Below, piece by piece: positions 52,928 to 63,999 of a stretch of DNA of 64,000 bases (positions within the stretch are counted from its first letter, which is position 1; each line of letters begins with the position of its first letter). Origin of the DNA: Candidatus Omnitrophota bacterium (GTDB taxonomy: Bacteria > Omnitrophota > Gorgyraeia > B26-G9). The notes under the pieces are model-generated. The model had not been told where the DNA came from and ran no database searches. It saw only the letters and a program-made list of their open reading frames with translations. The DNA lies in NCBI GenBank assembly GCA_043814605.1, contig JBDRJV010000013.1, positions 34,471 to 98,470 of the forward strand. Reading direction: 5' to 3'. The position numbers were made by a program, and so were the translations under genes.

Positions 52928-54727
52928 CTACGTAATTATCTTGCCGTTAAACGTATCCATAGCCGATTGAATAAAGCTGTTTATTTCATCAGCATCTTCG
53001 TTAAAATTTTCTTCCGGATCTAAAATGTAGTTTTCGTCATCAAAAGATTCTGCTTGAGAATCATTAACATTAATATTTTCCGGTATTTCCTTGCAATTAA
53101 TTAAATCAAGCTTTATCCCCTTTCCTAATATATCTTCTGTAGATTCCTCAATTATTTTCAGGTTTTGGCTTGCTACTAAATTCTCCCGGTGGAATTCATA
53201 CTCATCTAAAAACCCCACTTCAATAATTCTTCCCCGGACATTTATCGGTTTTCCTTCGGCTAAATACATGCCTAGGCTGATTTTCTTCTTTTTTATAGAT
53301 TTTATTATTTGCGGCCATACTTTATATATTTGATCTAAAGAAATTGTTACCGGAACCGGATTTTTCGGAACATCTAAAACCGTGGTTTTAGACATGTTAT
53401 CTTCTGCTTGCTTGATCCCCTGGGCTGATTGATCCGGATGGATAATTTTAGGTTCAATAATTTTTATTGCTTTGGATTCTTTTGTTAAGCTTGATGGGTT
53501 CGAGTGGTAAGCAGTCACAGAATTTTTCGTATGATTGATTGTTTCTTTTATTTCCGCTGCGCTTTGAGATAAATTGCTTTGTTTTTTTTCTAACTTTTCT
53601 TCAATCATTTGCAGTTTTTTTAATAATACATCTGCAGGCAATAAACAATCCTGCTTGCATAATTTTATTAACGCCATTTCTGTTAATAACCTCGCTAAGC
53701 CCTGTCGTTTTAGGCGTTCCTGAGTCTGTGATAAAACGCTCAAACAATATAATATGTTTTCAATATCAAATTTCTCACTTTGCTTTTTTAAGCGCTCCTT
53801 ATCTTCTTTCGGCCGAGTCACAAGACTCTCACAGCCAGTTTTAATCAGCATCAGCTCTCTAAAATGCTCAATAAATAGAATAATTAATTGCCCCGGATCT
53901 TTTCCTTCTTTAATTAACGCATCTAAAAAAACCAGGTTTTCAGAGATGTGCTCAGAGTCAAGATTATCAGTTATTTTAAAAACTGTTTCGCTGCTCACTA
54001 ACCCCAAAACAGAATTTACTGTTTCCTGGGTAATCTTACCTTTTGCAAAACTGTTCATTTGATCTAGAATTACTTCAGCATCACGCAAGCTTCCATCGGC
54101 ACTTTTTGCAATCGCATATAATGCATTTTCTTCACATTTTATTTTTTCCAACTGGATTAAATTTTTAAGTTTAGCAATAATTCCTGGGGTTGTTATCTTA
54201 CGAAAATCAAATCTTTGACAACGTGAAAGTATTGTGGGTAATACTTTATGCGGTTCTGTTGTCGCAAAAATAAATTTTACATGTGCCGGCGGCTCCTCTA
54301 GAGTCTTGAGTAACGCATTAAAAGCTTCGGTTGTTAGCATATGCACTTCATCAATGATATAAATTTTAAACCGGCTGGCTGTGGGAGAAAATTTTACATT
54401 TTCCCGTAAGGTGCGGATTTCATCAATACCGCGATTAGAAGCACCGTCAATTTCCAAAACATCCAGACTTCTGCCTTCTGTTATCTCTAAACAAGAAATA
54501 CAGCTATGACAAGGTGTTGCGGTTAATCCCTTTTTGCAATTTAGGGCTTTGGCTAAAATTCGTGCTGTAGATGTTTTGCCAATTCCCCGGGGGCCGGAAA
54601 AAAGATAGGCATGGGCTAAATTATCTTGCGTGATTGCATTTTTAAGGGTGGTGGAAATATGCTCCTGATCAACAATTTCATCAAAATCTTTTGGCCGGTA
54701 TTTCCGGGCGTAAGCTAAATGAGACAT
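52928..54727 (-). CDS. dnaX: DNA polymerase III subunit gamma/tau
   Basis: ARKYRP, GPRGIGKT, EIDGASN, IIDEVHML, SRCQ. Confidence 0.98.
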   Translation of the reverse strand: MSHLAYARKYRPKDFDEIVDQEHISTTLKNAITQDNLAHAYLFSGPRGIGKTSTARILAKALNCKKGLTATPCHSCISCLEITEGRSLDVLEIDGASNRGIDEIRTLRENVKFSPTASRFKIYIIDEVHMLTTEAFNALLKTLEEPPAHVKFIFATTEPHKVLPTILSRCQRFDFRKITTPGIIAKLKNLIQLEKIKCEENALYAIAKSADGSLRDAEVILDQMNSFAKGKITQETVNSVLGLVSSETVFKITDNLDSEHISENLVFLDALIKEGKDPGQLIILFIEHFRELMLIKTGCESLVTRPKEDKERLKKQSEKFDIENILYCLSVLSQTQERLKRQGLARLLTEMALIKLCKQDCLLPADVLLKKLQMIEEKLEKKQSNLSQSAAEIKETINHTKNSVTAYHSNPSSLTKESKAIKIIEPKIIHPDQSAQGIKQAEDNMSKTTVLDVPKNPVPVTISLDQIYKVWPQIIKSIKKKKISLGMYLAEGKPINVRGRIIEVGFLDEYEFHRENLVASQNLKIIEESTEDILGKGIKLDLINCKEIPENINVNDSQAESFDDENYILDPEENFNEDADEINSFIQSAMDTFNGKIIT

Positions 54728-54741
54728 AACTATCCTTTTTA

Positions 54742-54771
54742 AGTAGCGAGTAGCAAGTAGAGAGTAGCGAG
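54742..54771. repeat. Heptamer tandem repeat (AGTAGCG-like x4)
   Basis: agtagcg agtagca agtagag agtagcg. Confidence 0.75.
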
Positions 54772-54796
54772 AAAAATACCTTCCCTAATTACTACC

Positions 54797-55747
54797 TTAT
54801 TTATAGGCGAACTTTACAATGTATAAAATATATCCGCTATATAAAACTAAATACATCAGACCTTCAATCTTACTTAAAACAAGATCTTTGTACGTAAATA
54901 ACAATAAAACCACTGAAAACATTATTACCAGAGGCATAGTAACAATTTTTGTCTGCAGATCAATAGTTACCGGATTAATGATTGATGATGCACCTAAAAC
55001 CCACAGCAGATTTAATATGTTTGCACCGATTATATTGCCGGCAGCTAAGTCACCCATTTTTTTTATGCTGGAAATAACCGCAGTAACCAGCTCCGGCAAA
55101 GATGTCCCAACCGCAATCATCGTAACTCCGATGACAATTTCCGGTACTTTTAAAAATTTTGCAATTGCCATTCCTGAAGGAATGATCGCCAACCGTGCAG
55201 ACAAAACCACTCCCGCCGCTCCTAATAAAAATTTTACACCGCTTAATTTTATATTAATTACCTGCTTTATACCAGGTTTATTTTCTTTTCTCGCGCCAAT
55301 TCCCCGGTGTACGACATAGACAAGAAATCCAGAAAAAACACCGCAAAGAATAACCCCATCCAGAAAACTCAATACTCCGTCATACATCAATAAAAAACAA
55401 AAACCGCTAATCATGATTAAAAAAGGTAATTCTTTTCTTACTGTTAAAGCATCAAAATGCACAGCATTAATTAATGCCGCAACTGCTAAAATCAAGCCAA
55501 TATTTGCCAAGCAAGAACCAGTAGCATTGCCCAATGCAATACCAGGAACTTTCATATAGGATGAAAATGCAGAAACTGCAAATTCAGGCATAGTTGTGGC
55601 AAAACTGACAATGGTTAACCCAATAATTGTACGCGGAATATTAAAAAAAAGAGCAATTGATTCCGCAGCAGTTGTAAATAAATCCGCACTTTTTATAATT
55701 ACGATAATCCCTATTACAAGAATAATAATATCTGTATAAATGGTCAA
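54797..55747 (-). CDS. Ca2+/Na+ antiporter (YrbG family)
   Basis: ATTMPEF, GNATGS, GTSLPEL, GNIIGAN alpha repeats. Confidence 0.93.
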   Translation of the reverse strand: MTIYTDIIILVIGIIVIIKSADLFTTAAESIALFFNIPRTIIGLTIVSFATTMPEFAVSAFSSYMKVPGIALGNATGSCLANIGLILAVAALINAVHFDALTVRKELPFLIMISGFCFLLMYDGVLSFLDGVILCGVFSGFLVYVVHRGIGARKENKPGIKQVINIKLSGVKFLLGAAGVVLSARLAIIPSGMAIAKFLKVPEIVIGVTMIAVGTSLPELVTAVISSIKKMGDLAAGNIIGANILNLLWVLGASSIINPVTIDLQTKIVTMPLVIMFSVVLLLFTYKDLVLSKIEGLMYLVLYSGYILYIVKFAYK

Positions 55748-55969
55748 TAATTTTCCTTTATTTTCTTTCTGGAATGAAAAAAGTAAAAAATCTAAGGAAT
55801 AGTTAATTATGTGATAATATTAGCTCAAAATTTAAATAAAGTCAACCAGCATCAAAATACTTTTGAGTTTAAGTAAAATCTTTTTTTTATTAATTTTATT
55901 TGCCTTCTTGACATTAATATAAGTAGCCGTTATTATAAAGGCAACAAATAAAAGAAAGGGGGAATTATT

Positions 55970-56545
55970 ATGGGTAAGATTTTTAGAAGTGCGGTGTTAA
56001 TAGCAGTGTTTCTTTCTATTGCATCTTTAGCAATAGCCGGAGAAAACTCCAAACCTTTACAATTGTCTTTATTTAGCCCAGTAGCAATTCTTAGTGAAGA
56101 TCAATCAGTGCACGGATTACGTTTGAATTTTATCTATGGGTCAAACCAGGATGTGGTGGGCCTAGATATTGGTCTGGTAAACCGTGTAAATGGCAACCTT
56201 CATGGATATGAATATGGCGCAATAAACTATGTTGAAGGTGATGTTATTGGCGGTCAAAATGGTATTCTCAACTGGGTAAAAGGAAGCGTTAACGGCGGAC
56301 AAGGCGGTTTCGTAAATATCATTGATGGAGATATTAACGGTATCCAAGGCGGAGCAGTAAACTGGGCCAAAGAAGTTTACGGCGCACAGATTGGCGGCGT
56401 AAATATTGCTGATTCAGTCGAAGGCTTTCAGCTCGGGATTGTTAACTGGACCGGAGATTTAGACGGGCTGCAAATCGGGTTAGTTAACGTAGCTACGAGA
56501 AAAGAAATCTTAAAAGGCATGGTTTTTGTTAATGCTGCCTGGTAA
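55970..56545 (+). CDS. Secreted GxQxGxVN repeat protein (LA_2272-like)
   Basis: Signal peptide, PLQLSL, GLRLN, repeated GxQxGxxN. Confidence 0.85.
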   Translation: MGKIFRSAVLIAVFLSIASLAIAGENSKPLQLSLFSPVAILSEDQSVHGLRLNFIYGSNQDVVGLDIGLVNRVNGNLHGYEYGAINYVEGDVIGGQNGILNWVKGSVNGGQGGFVNIIDGDINGIQGGAVNWAKEVYGAQIGGVNIADSVEGFQLGIVNWTGDLDGLQIGLVNVATRKEILKGMVFVNAAW

Positions 56546-56570
56546 TTAATACCGTTAGTTTATTATTATA

Positions 56571-56606
56571 AAAGGGGCCATTTTTTAATAGAATGGTTCC
56601 TTTTTT
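56571..56606 (+). terminator. Intrinsic terminator
   Basis: AAAGGGGCCATT...AATGGTTCCTTTTTT. Confidence 0.7.
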
Positions 56607-56816
56607 ATCTAACCATTTTTACATACCTGCACAATTCATAATTATATAGCTAAATAATTTGATGACTAATTATGTCATAACTTCTTTTTTTTCAATAAAA
56701 TATGTATATTTATTCCGTCTTTTAAACTAAAATACATAAAAAATTTATAAAAAAATTGTTGATATTTTTTTTTGTTATGTTAAAATTCTTTTATCTTTAA
56801 AAAAAGGAGGGATATT

Positions 56817-56987
56817 ATGAAAATAAATAATAAAACTAAAAATTCAACAAAGTCATCCAGAACTAAATCTGCTACAGACAATTACAATCAGATTAAAGAC
56901 CGCGCCTATTTTATTTGGCTAGAAAAACAATTACCTGAACTAGATTGCTGGTTACAGGCAGAAGCAGAATTCAGTTCAAAAAAATAA
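56817..56987 (+). CDS. DUF2934-like small protein (56 aa), not in ORF track
   Basis: AGGAGG RBS; QIKDRAYFIWLEK...DCWLQAEAE. Confidence 0.8.
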   Translation: MKINNKTKNSTKSSRTKSATDNYNQIKDRAYFIWLEKQLPELDCWLQAEAEFSSKK

Positions 56988-57348
56988 ATCTTGATAATTT
57001 AAAGAAAAATTAAATTATCTGTAAAATAGGTTTATCTTAAGTTAATTCTTTTCCCTAACTTTTTCTGAATAAAGCAATTAGAGAAAATGCATAATTAGCT
57101 GAAGCATTTGTATTGCCACAGTTAAAAAGTTTAGTATTGTCTATTTCTCCCCTATGTTCAATAAATAATCATTCAAATTTTCTAATCTAATAACAAATAA
57201 TATACTGTAACTAGATTACAAATAGTATCTCGCCATCCCTCTATTTTGTGGGTAATATATGGTTATGTATTAGCAAAAGTTATATTATTATGATATACTT
57301 TTTTGAATTATTTTATTTAGAATATTAATAAAAAATTAGATATTTAAT

Positions 57349-59409
57349 ATGGCACGCATAACAAATCATAACCTGTTGATAAATAAAAAGATAGCAATAT
57401 TTTTAATCCAGGCTATTTTATTAGGAAATATTGCCTTTGTAAAGCCGTCCAGTACTTTGGCTGCAGAAAACCAGAACTGTCTTTCCCCTCAGATTCTTGT
57501 GGGCTCAGAAATTTTAGCTCCAGCTTTTAATAAGCATAATGCGATTATTGATTATATATTTAACCGGGATATTATTCTGGTTAAAGATGTGCCTGATTTT
57601 GTGAATATTTTACAAAACGCACAAATAACAAATAGAGAAAAAATGCACGGTATTATTCAATATTACACAAAAGAGCTTAACATAATTTCAGAAAAATTAT
57701 TTATTCTATCTGACTATGCTCAAGTAAATAATATTAATCTGCCCGATTTCTTTCATAAAATAGGCGTTATTCAAGGGCAAATATCTATGATCAATGAAGC
57801 TTTGCAACAAGCCAAGCAATATACTGACTCTCGAGAATTAGCCAAACTCTTAACCAATATAACCACTTATTTAAACAATCATAAATATAATTATCAGGAT
57901 TTACCCCGGCTTTTATATGAGCACAATAAACTTTTTACAGAACAGGAACAAACACAAAATTTAATCAAAGAAATTTTTGTACGCATTCTTTCTTTAGAAA
58001 CAGTGGAGTTATTTTATTCTATAAGCAGTGATTCTTGCAATCTTAGTGAAACTATTAAAGCAGTTTTTCCTATCTTGGCGGATTTATCTGCTCAAGACAA
58101 TACTACGGATTGGGTAAAACCTCATCTAGACAAAATTGATAAAACCATTACTTTACCCTCAGAACCTGTAATTATTCCGGGGTTTAAAGAAAACTGGATT
58201 GTTTTTATACTTGAGATCGTAAAGAATAGCCTAATGTCAACATTACATACCCCCAATCCACAAATAGAAATTATTCTTGAGCAGGACGATAAAAAAGTTA
58301 CGCTTTCAATTAAAGATAATGGCGCAGGATTTCAAAACCAGGAAATATATTTTGGTAAAAGCACAAAATCCAATTTAAGCCGGGGAATTTTTCTGGCCAC
58401 AATTAAATCATACCTTGAACAAAACTATAACGGGAGCCTTATGATAACTTCATCAAAGAATACAACAAAAGTAAAAATTGAAATTCCTAAATCAAGCTTA
58501 CTCCAAATAAATGAAAATATTCCCCTAAAACAGCTTTCTAAAATTTCTCTTAATACAGAACTCTCTCGGCAATTTGAATATGATGAATTTGGCCAGCCAA
58601 TTATTTATACAATAAAAGATAAAAACAATGGAAATCATAAAGCAAAAATATCCTTTGATTATGAAATTTTTGCAAAAGAAAATGAAAATTACGAGGTATT
58701 AATAACTGGGTATTTAAGGGAATCTCTTGGTTTTCCCGCATTAGCCAATCAGGCCCAAAGCACATCCCCGGTTCTAATATCATTTTTTACGATAAACAAA
58801 TCCGGTATTATCCAGGATGTTACCGAAATTCGTAACGAAATTTTACAAAAAAACGGCATCGCAAATTTTATTAATCAAAAAATCAAAGATATCGCCAGGG
58901 TTTTTACAAAAGCCCATCGACAATCTTTAAATATTATCAACCTTCCCACAATAGAAGCATTATGCACTGTATTATTAAAATACGGAAGGTATTTTCCGGA
59001 AAATAAAATCATTAAAAATCATTTTAGAATATATGATAAAATCTACAACTTAAAAACCGGTAAAATAAATAAAAAAATGGTCGAAGGATATGTAGGTAAA
59101 AATCTTGTTCCAGCTAATGATTTTGAAGAAAATCTCAGAAGAAGTTTTATCCATCGGTTAGCGCAAAGCTTGGAAGAATTAGAAAAATATGGGATAAACA
59201 TAAGCGCACTGCTAGAAATTCAAAACACTCCGATTATAAAACTTTACAAAAAAATGGGGGCGGAAAACATCCGGGTAATTTTTTCCCAAAAAATTAATAC
59301 AAAATATAATAAAATATTTAATAGCATTGAAATTCACGCACAATTAGTATTTACCAAAATCGAGATTGAAAAAAATGGCTATAACTCATTGATTGATCAA
59401 GCGATATAA
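57349..59409 (+). CDS. Leader-bearing protein with a HATPase_c domain and DQAI tail
   Basis: LIQAILLGN...CLSPQI leader; EIVKNS, IKDNGAGF, GIFLATIK; ends LIDQAI. Confidence 0.7.
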   Translation: MARITNHNLLINKKIAIFLIQAILLGNIAFVKPSSTLAAENQNCLSPQILVGSEILAPAFNKHNAIIDYIFNRDIILVKDVPDFVNILQNAQITNREKMHGIIQYYTKELNIISEKLFILSDYAQVNNINLPDFFHKIGVIQGQISMINEALQQAKQYTDSRELAKLLTNITTYLNNHKYNYQDLPRLLYEHNKLFTEQEQTQNLIKEIFVRILSLETVELFYSISSDSCNLSETIKAVFPILADLSAQDNTTDWVKPHLDKIDKTITLPSEPVIIPGFKENWIVFILEIVKNSLMSTLHTPNPQIEIILEQDDKKVTLSIKDNGAGFQNQEIYFGKSTKSNLSRGIFLATIKSYLEQNYNGSLMITSSKNTTKVKIEIPKSSLLQINENIPLKQLSKISLNTELSRQFEYDEFGQPIIYTIKDKNNGNHKAKISFDYEIFAKENENYEVLITGYLRESLGFPALANQAQSTSPVLISFFTINKSGIIQDVTEIRNEILQKNGIANFINQKIKDIARVFTKAHRQSLNIINLPTIEALCTVLLKYGRYFPENKIIKNHFRIYDKIYNLKTGKINKKMVEGYVGKNLVPANDFEENLRRSFIHRLAQSLEELEKYGINISALLEIQNTPIIKLYKKMGAENIRVIFSQKINTKYNKIFNSIEIHAQLVFTKIEIEKNGYNSLIDQAI

Positions 59410-59550
59410 TTTTTTGTTTGTTATCGTGCGGAATAAATAATATTCAAAGCTAAAACACGCTTATAATATATTATGTTGGTAAAAAAAATAAACATGCACT
59501 TTATCAGTACATGTTTATTTAAATCACAACACTGTTCTTTGATTAATAAA

Positions 59551-59754
59551 TTAACTTTTTTTGGTCAAAGAAATTTTATAATCGTCATCCCCTGTTAGTA
59601 TTATATGCCCTTCACGAGCCAGCCAGCCAATACTCATCATCATAAGTCTTTCTGGCTTGCCAATATCACGAAGTAAATTCGACAAGGAGACTTCGCCGTG
59701 TTCATCCAAGTAATGCCAAATATCTCCTGCGGTTATTCCGATATCTATTTTCAT
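59551..59754 (-). CDS. DUF2582-like winged-helix protein
   Basis: IGITAGDIWHYL...SIGWLAREG. Confidence 0.88.
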   Translation of the reverse strand: MKIDIGITAGDIWHYLDEHGEVSLSNLLRDIGKPERLMMMSIGWLAREGHIILTGDDDYKISLTKKS

Positions 59755-59769
59755 GTTTACTCCTCTGCT

Positions 59770-59970
59770 TTAAGAATGTATATCATCATCGACATCCTCA
59801 CTATCCTTCTCATCATCCTCAACCACTTTAAATTCTCTTAATCTTAATGGATCAGAATCAACAATCTCAAGCTCAATATCACAAGTTGGGCAGTAAACAA
59901 TATCTCCTTCTTCAAAATGATCGCTTTCCTCAAGTACAGCACGGCATTCAGGACACCGTATAACCTTCAT
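59770..59970 (-). CDS. LysW-like zinc-ribbon protein
   Basis: CPEC...GDIVYCPTCDIELEIV..DP; acidic tail. Confidence 0.7.
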   Translation of the reverse strand: MKVIRCPECRAVLEESDHFEEGDIVYCPTCDIELEIVDSDPLRLREFKVVEDDEKDSEDVDDDIHS

Positions 59971-60018
59971 TTCTTCCTCCTGATAAAATTAAACTGGGAT
60001 TTAAATAAATTAAAAAAA

Positions 60019-60303
60019 CTACATATAATTGTAATCAACTGCAACCGGGCCATTTTCAGTTTCTTTAATGATTAATTCTACTTCATCCCCTTCTTCTAAA
60101 TCCATACCCTCAATTTCATCAGAGATCATAATTTTTTGACCTTCAATTACTACATAAGCACCATCTTCCGCTACTTCCTGGACAATCCCCTTTAATGTGT
60201 TTTCTTCCTGTGCAAATATCGGACTGCAAACAATTGCCATCAAAAAACACACGCAAACTATACTGCTAATCTTTTTTAACATTTTCCCTCCATTTTTTAC
60301 CAT
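60019..60303 (-). CDS. Small secreted OB-fold-like protein
   Basis: Signal peptide ...PIFA; LEEGDEV. Confidence 0.65.
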   Translation of the reverse strand: MVKNGGKMLKKISSIVCVCFLMAIVCSPIFAQEENTLKGIVQEVAEDGAYVVIEGQKIMISDEIEGMDLEEGDEVELIIKETENGPVAVDYNYM

Positions 60304-60677
60304 TAATCACAAAACCCTACATTTTCTAACTACCTACTGACACAACTAATTACAACTATTTATATATCATCCTGCAACTTTAAGCCGCTGCATTATTTTT
60401 CTTAGCTTTTACTTTGCCGCCGGTTTTGCGGCCTTCCCAGCCCCTGTTTCCCACCTCCTTAATTTCAAATTTGAACAATTTAATATGCTTATTTTACCAT
60501 ATTACTAAGTATCTATATACTATAGTTAAAATACTTTGTCAATATAATTTTGATGAAGTTACAAGTTATAAGTGATAAGTTAAAAGTAAAAAACTAATCT
60601 GTGTTCATCAAGAAAAAATCCTTATTTATCCCTATTTCAAATCTGTCCTTTCCCGTTTTCATTTATATCATCTAGGG

Positions 60678-61976
60678 TTAAAACCCTTTTTTAAACTTTA
60701 ACCAGATATTGGTTTCTCCGTCTGCTTCTTTTTTATCATTTTCTGCCTGATTTTCTTTCCCATTAATTTGTATGTTTTTTTCTGCTTCCACAGCAAAAGA
60801 TTCTGTGATTTTTTGCTCAACCGCAATTTTTTGATTAATCACAGCCTTGTCTTTTTCTAATTTTGTCTGTTCAATCCCGTATTTTAACTCTGTTTTTCCG
60901 GAAACTTCTTTGGTTATTTGGGCTTCTTTGGTATTACCATTATATTTTAATAAAACAGAATTTAACCCCAGCCGCTTGGCCAGCCGATTACCCGCGCCGC
61001 CAAAAATAAAATAATCCACTAAATCCGCAGCGATGTCCGGACTCACGCGGCTATTTTCCAAACTGCCAAAAATACTCATCCAGCTTTTTCCTGTTGCCAG
61101 CATTACAGTAAGTTTATCTTCGGATAAAAAAGGCTCAGAACTCAGCTTTACTTCCGGAGTATCTAATTCCCCTTTAACCGTAATATTTATTTTTGTTTTT
61201 TCAACAACCGAAATGCCGTACAAATCAAAATTTGGCTGTTTTGGTTTACCCGAAAATATAATTTTACTCTCCTGCAGTTTAACCAAAGCCGTTTTCTCCC
61301 CAGAAATTTCTCCGCTTTTGAGTACTATTTCTCCGTAAATTTTAATATCTTTTTTAATATCACTAACATTCAAATTCAAAGCAATTGGACACTGCCGCAT
61401 AACAAATTTATGCCACTTTAATTCATTAACAAAAAATTCACCTATGAGATTAGGTTCGGATATTTTCCCTTTAATAATAATATCAAAACCCTCAATTAGT
61501 CCGGAAATGCTTTTGGGGATTTGTATCCCGGGTAATAAATTAAATAAGGAACGTACATGTATGCCCTTGGAATAAACCGACAAATCCAGCGTTTTGTTTT
61601 CATAAGAACCGTAAAAAAGTATTGTATCCATATTGGGTAAAAATAATCTTGCATTCTGAACTTTTACCTGTAGCCCATCAAAATTTAAAGAGTCAAGGTT
61701 TAGGTCAAGCTGTTGAATCTTGACTACGCTTCCTTCCGGAAGGATTTTAATATCATTAAGCTCAAGATTATAATAGGTTATGCCTTTGGCTAAGCTGCCT
61801 TGGGATTTATTTATTTCCACGGTATCTGTCTGAGCATAATTTTTAATCCCAAAACGCGCAATCATGAGAGCGCCTTGTCCGGTAAAAATAAAAAAATAAA
61901 GCAATCCTGCCGTAAGCAGAATGCTTGCCATAAAAATTAAAATTATTGTTTTAGTTTTCACTTTCAGGCTAATCAT
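60678..61976 (-). CDS. TamB/DUF490-like protein
   Basis: N-terminal TM anchor; ITVKGELDTPEVKLSSEPFLS; aromatic C-terminus. Confidence 0.75.
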   Translation of the reverse strand: MISLKVKTKTIILIFMASILLTAGLLYFFIFTGQGALMIARFGIKNYAQTDTVEINKSQGSLAKGITYYNLELNDIKILPEGSVVKIQQLDLNLDSLNFDGLQVKVQNARLFLPNMDTILFYGSYENKTLDLSVYSKGIHVRSLFNLLPGIQIPKSISGLIEGFDIIIKGKISEPNLIGEFFVNELKWHKFVMRQCPIALNLNVSDIKKDIKIYGEIVLKSGEISGEKTALVKLQESKIIFSGKPKQPNFDLYGISVVEKTKINITVKGELDTPEVKLSSEPFLSEDKLTVMLATGKSWMSIFGSLENSRVSPDIAADLVDYFIFGGAGNRLAKRLGLNSVLLKYNGNTKEAQITKEVSGKTELKYGIEQTKLEKDKAVINQKIAVEQKITESFAVEAEKNIQINGKENQAENDKKEADGETNIWLKFKKGF

Positions 61977-62210
61977 GTTTTACAATTACTATTTGTTATA
62001 TTTTTCTATATTCTATAGTGTTTTTGCCTTTAAACCAGGAACCCAATACAATCGGCAGAAGATAAAATAAGGATAAGCTTATTCTGTAGCCAGTTATATA
62101 ATCTAAAAAACCTATTGTCAAAAGAAGGCATACACTCAGGCAAACCAATGTTTTTTTTGGCAGTTTCCCTATTATTTTTAAAATATTACCTCCGACTACC
62201 TTCCCTCCTT

Positions 62211-62969
62211 TTAAGACAGATCATTACCAGTTGTCTGCACAAAATCATTTTTTAATTTTTTAGCTCTTATACACTGTCCCGTAGATACAATATCTGTCAC
62301 TTTAATTTTTATTATCACTGCATCCTTCATGTTTGAAAACTCAAAAGGACGATGAGCTTTTTCCCGGCGGATTCCTTCAATAATTCTTTTTGTTGAAAAT
62401 TGCAGTTCCCGGGCTGTTAATTGTTCAACCAACTGATCATGCATAATACCTTTATCCAGCAATTCTGCTCTTCCGGAAATTTGATAGTCTATTAAATTTT
62501 CCAGATCAATTATAGGGAAAGCTACCGCGTGATTTTGTTGAATATTTTCCCATGTTTTCTCCTGCATGTAATCAACCAGAAAAATTTCACTTTGTTCGCA
62601 TTTTATTAAAAATTTATTCGCCACATTTGGCCGGCCTTGAGAATCGCTTGTTGCCACAGCAATCCAATCTGCTTCTTCTAAGTATTTTTTTATCTTTAAG
62701 GGAATGATAATATTAGCCTTTTTTTTTATTTTCTTAGCGGCATAAAATACATTAGACTCAGCTAATTTAATTTTTAATCTTCCTGTTAGCTCATCCAAAC
62801 TGATTTTAAAAACATCAGCCAATTTTACCAGTGTTTTTAATGTGGGGTGTTTTGCTTTACCCTGCTCAATTTTCGTTATCGCGTTAAAAGACAACCCGGC
62901 TTCCTGAGCCAGCTTTTGCTGAGACCAGCCTTTTTTCTTGCGAAGTGCTTTAACTTTTTGTAACAACAT
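62211..62969 (-). CDS. XRE HTH fused to a pyridoxamine-5'-phosphate-oxidase-like domain
   Basis: LRKKKGWSQQKLA...IEQG; VATSDSQGRPNV...KTWENI..N. Confidence 0.85.
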   Translation of the reverse strand: MLLQKVKALRKKKGWSQQKLAQEAGLSFNAITKIEQGKAKHPTLKTLVKLADVFKISLDELTGRLKIKLAESNVFYAAKKIKKKANIIIPLKIKKYLEEADWIAVATSDSQGRPNVANKFLIKCEQSEIFLVDYMQEKTWENIQQNHAVAFPIIDLENLIDYQISGRAELLDKGIMHDQLVEQLTARELQFSTKRIIEGIRREKAHRPFEFSNMKDAVIIKIKVTDIVSTGQCIRAKKLKNDFVQTTGNDLS

Positions 62970-63240
62970 TTTTGTTAGCCTCTTGCTCTTATTGTAGTAT
63001 TATTCTTGTGGTATCTTTTAGTTATATTGTATCAGTTTGGCCATATTTTTCAAGACAATAATAAACCTAGTGATTTACATTTAAAAACCATATTTCCACC
63101 GCGTAGGTGTTAGATAGGTGTTAGAATGGTTGAGATAAAAATTTTTGGCAAAGATTAAATTATTGTGATATACTTTTACGAATAATTTTATATCTAAGAT
63201 TAATAACTAAATAAGGTTGCATCTAAGAAGTTAAATAAAT

Positions 63241-63999
63241 TTATTTTACAATTTGCCGCACAAATCTATCAATTTCCGGTGAAAAAATATCTTTATTACT
63301 TTTAATATTACAATCAATCAAATATCCATTATTTATCATTATAAAAGGCTCTGCTGAAGCCGGATGATCCACTTCTAAGCATAAGTCACCGCATTCCCGA
63401 GAACAAAATTTATCTGCTGTGTTAATTTCAGGTTCTGGCCTAAAAACACAATTTCTAGTCATTGTTACAACAGCATAAGGATAATATAAAGATATTTTAG
63501 TATATTTTGGCAATATGTAGGCATGAGTATGGGGTAAAGATGATATTTCAAAACGATTAACATCATAATTTTTTTTAAAAAAATCTACTTTGTTCTTATC
63601 TAGTACCTGTATAATTTTTTTTTGCGCTAAAGAATCTTTTTCTGATGAATTTCCATTTCTGTAAGGTAATTTAAATAATAAAGTAAAATGACAAATCATT
63701 CGTCCCATAACCGCCGGAAATTTTCTTTTCTTTTGCCTGTACCACTCAAGCATGCCAAAACTATTTATAACTAATTCAAAATCTTTCTGAATCGAATTAA
63801 GTTCATCTATAATTTTTTCCATTTTTCCAAAATATTGAGGTGTTATTATTGCAGGCAATACGAAACTGATTGGCTTAATTTTAGCAATTTCTTTGTAAAA
63901 CCGTACATCATGTACAAATTTATACTGACAAAATTCATTACCGCAATATATTCTTTTACAGCCTTTATTTGCTTTAATAATATCGGAATACTTTTCCAC
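63241..63999 (-). CDS. Cys-containing hypothetical protein (U32-peptidase-associated type), 5' end likely beyond the window
   Basis: RIYCGNEFCQ, ELVINSFG, TMTRNC, CSREC. Confidence 0.6.
   Translation of the reverse strand: MEKYSDIIKANKGCKRIYCGNEFCQYKFVHDVRFYKEIAKIKPISFVLPAIITPQYFGKMEKIIDELNSIQKDFELVINSFGMLEWYRQKKRKFPAVMGRMICHFTLLFKLPYRNGNSSEKDSLAQKKIIQVLDKNKVDFFKKNYDVNRFEISSLPHTHAYILPKYTKISLYYPYAVVTMTRNCVFRPEPEINTADKFCSRECGDLCLEVDHPASAEPFIMINNGYLIDCNIKSNKDIFSPEIDRFVRQIVK

Noticed and set aside
53581-53590. A8 run in dnaX as a programmed frameshift/slippage site
   Set aside because: A-runs are abundant in this AT-rich sequence and no stimulatory structure was verified
60380-60454. Possible 24-aa basic peptide (GTG GGA AAC...) near an AGGAGG
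   Set aside because: The start overlaps the RBS and there is no supporting homology
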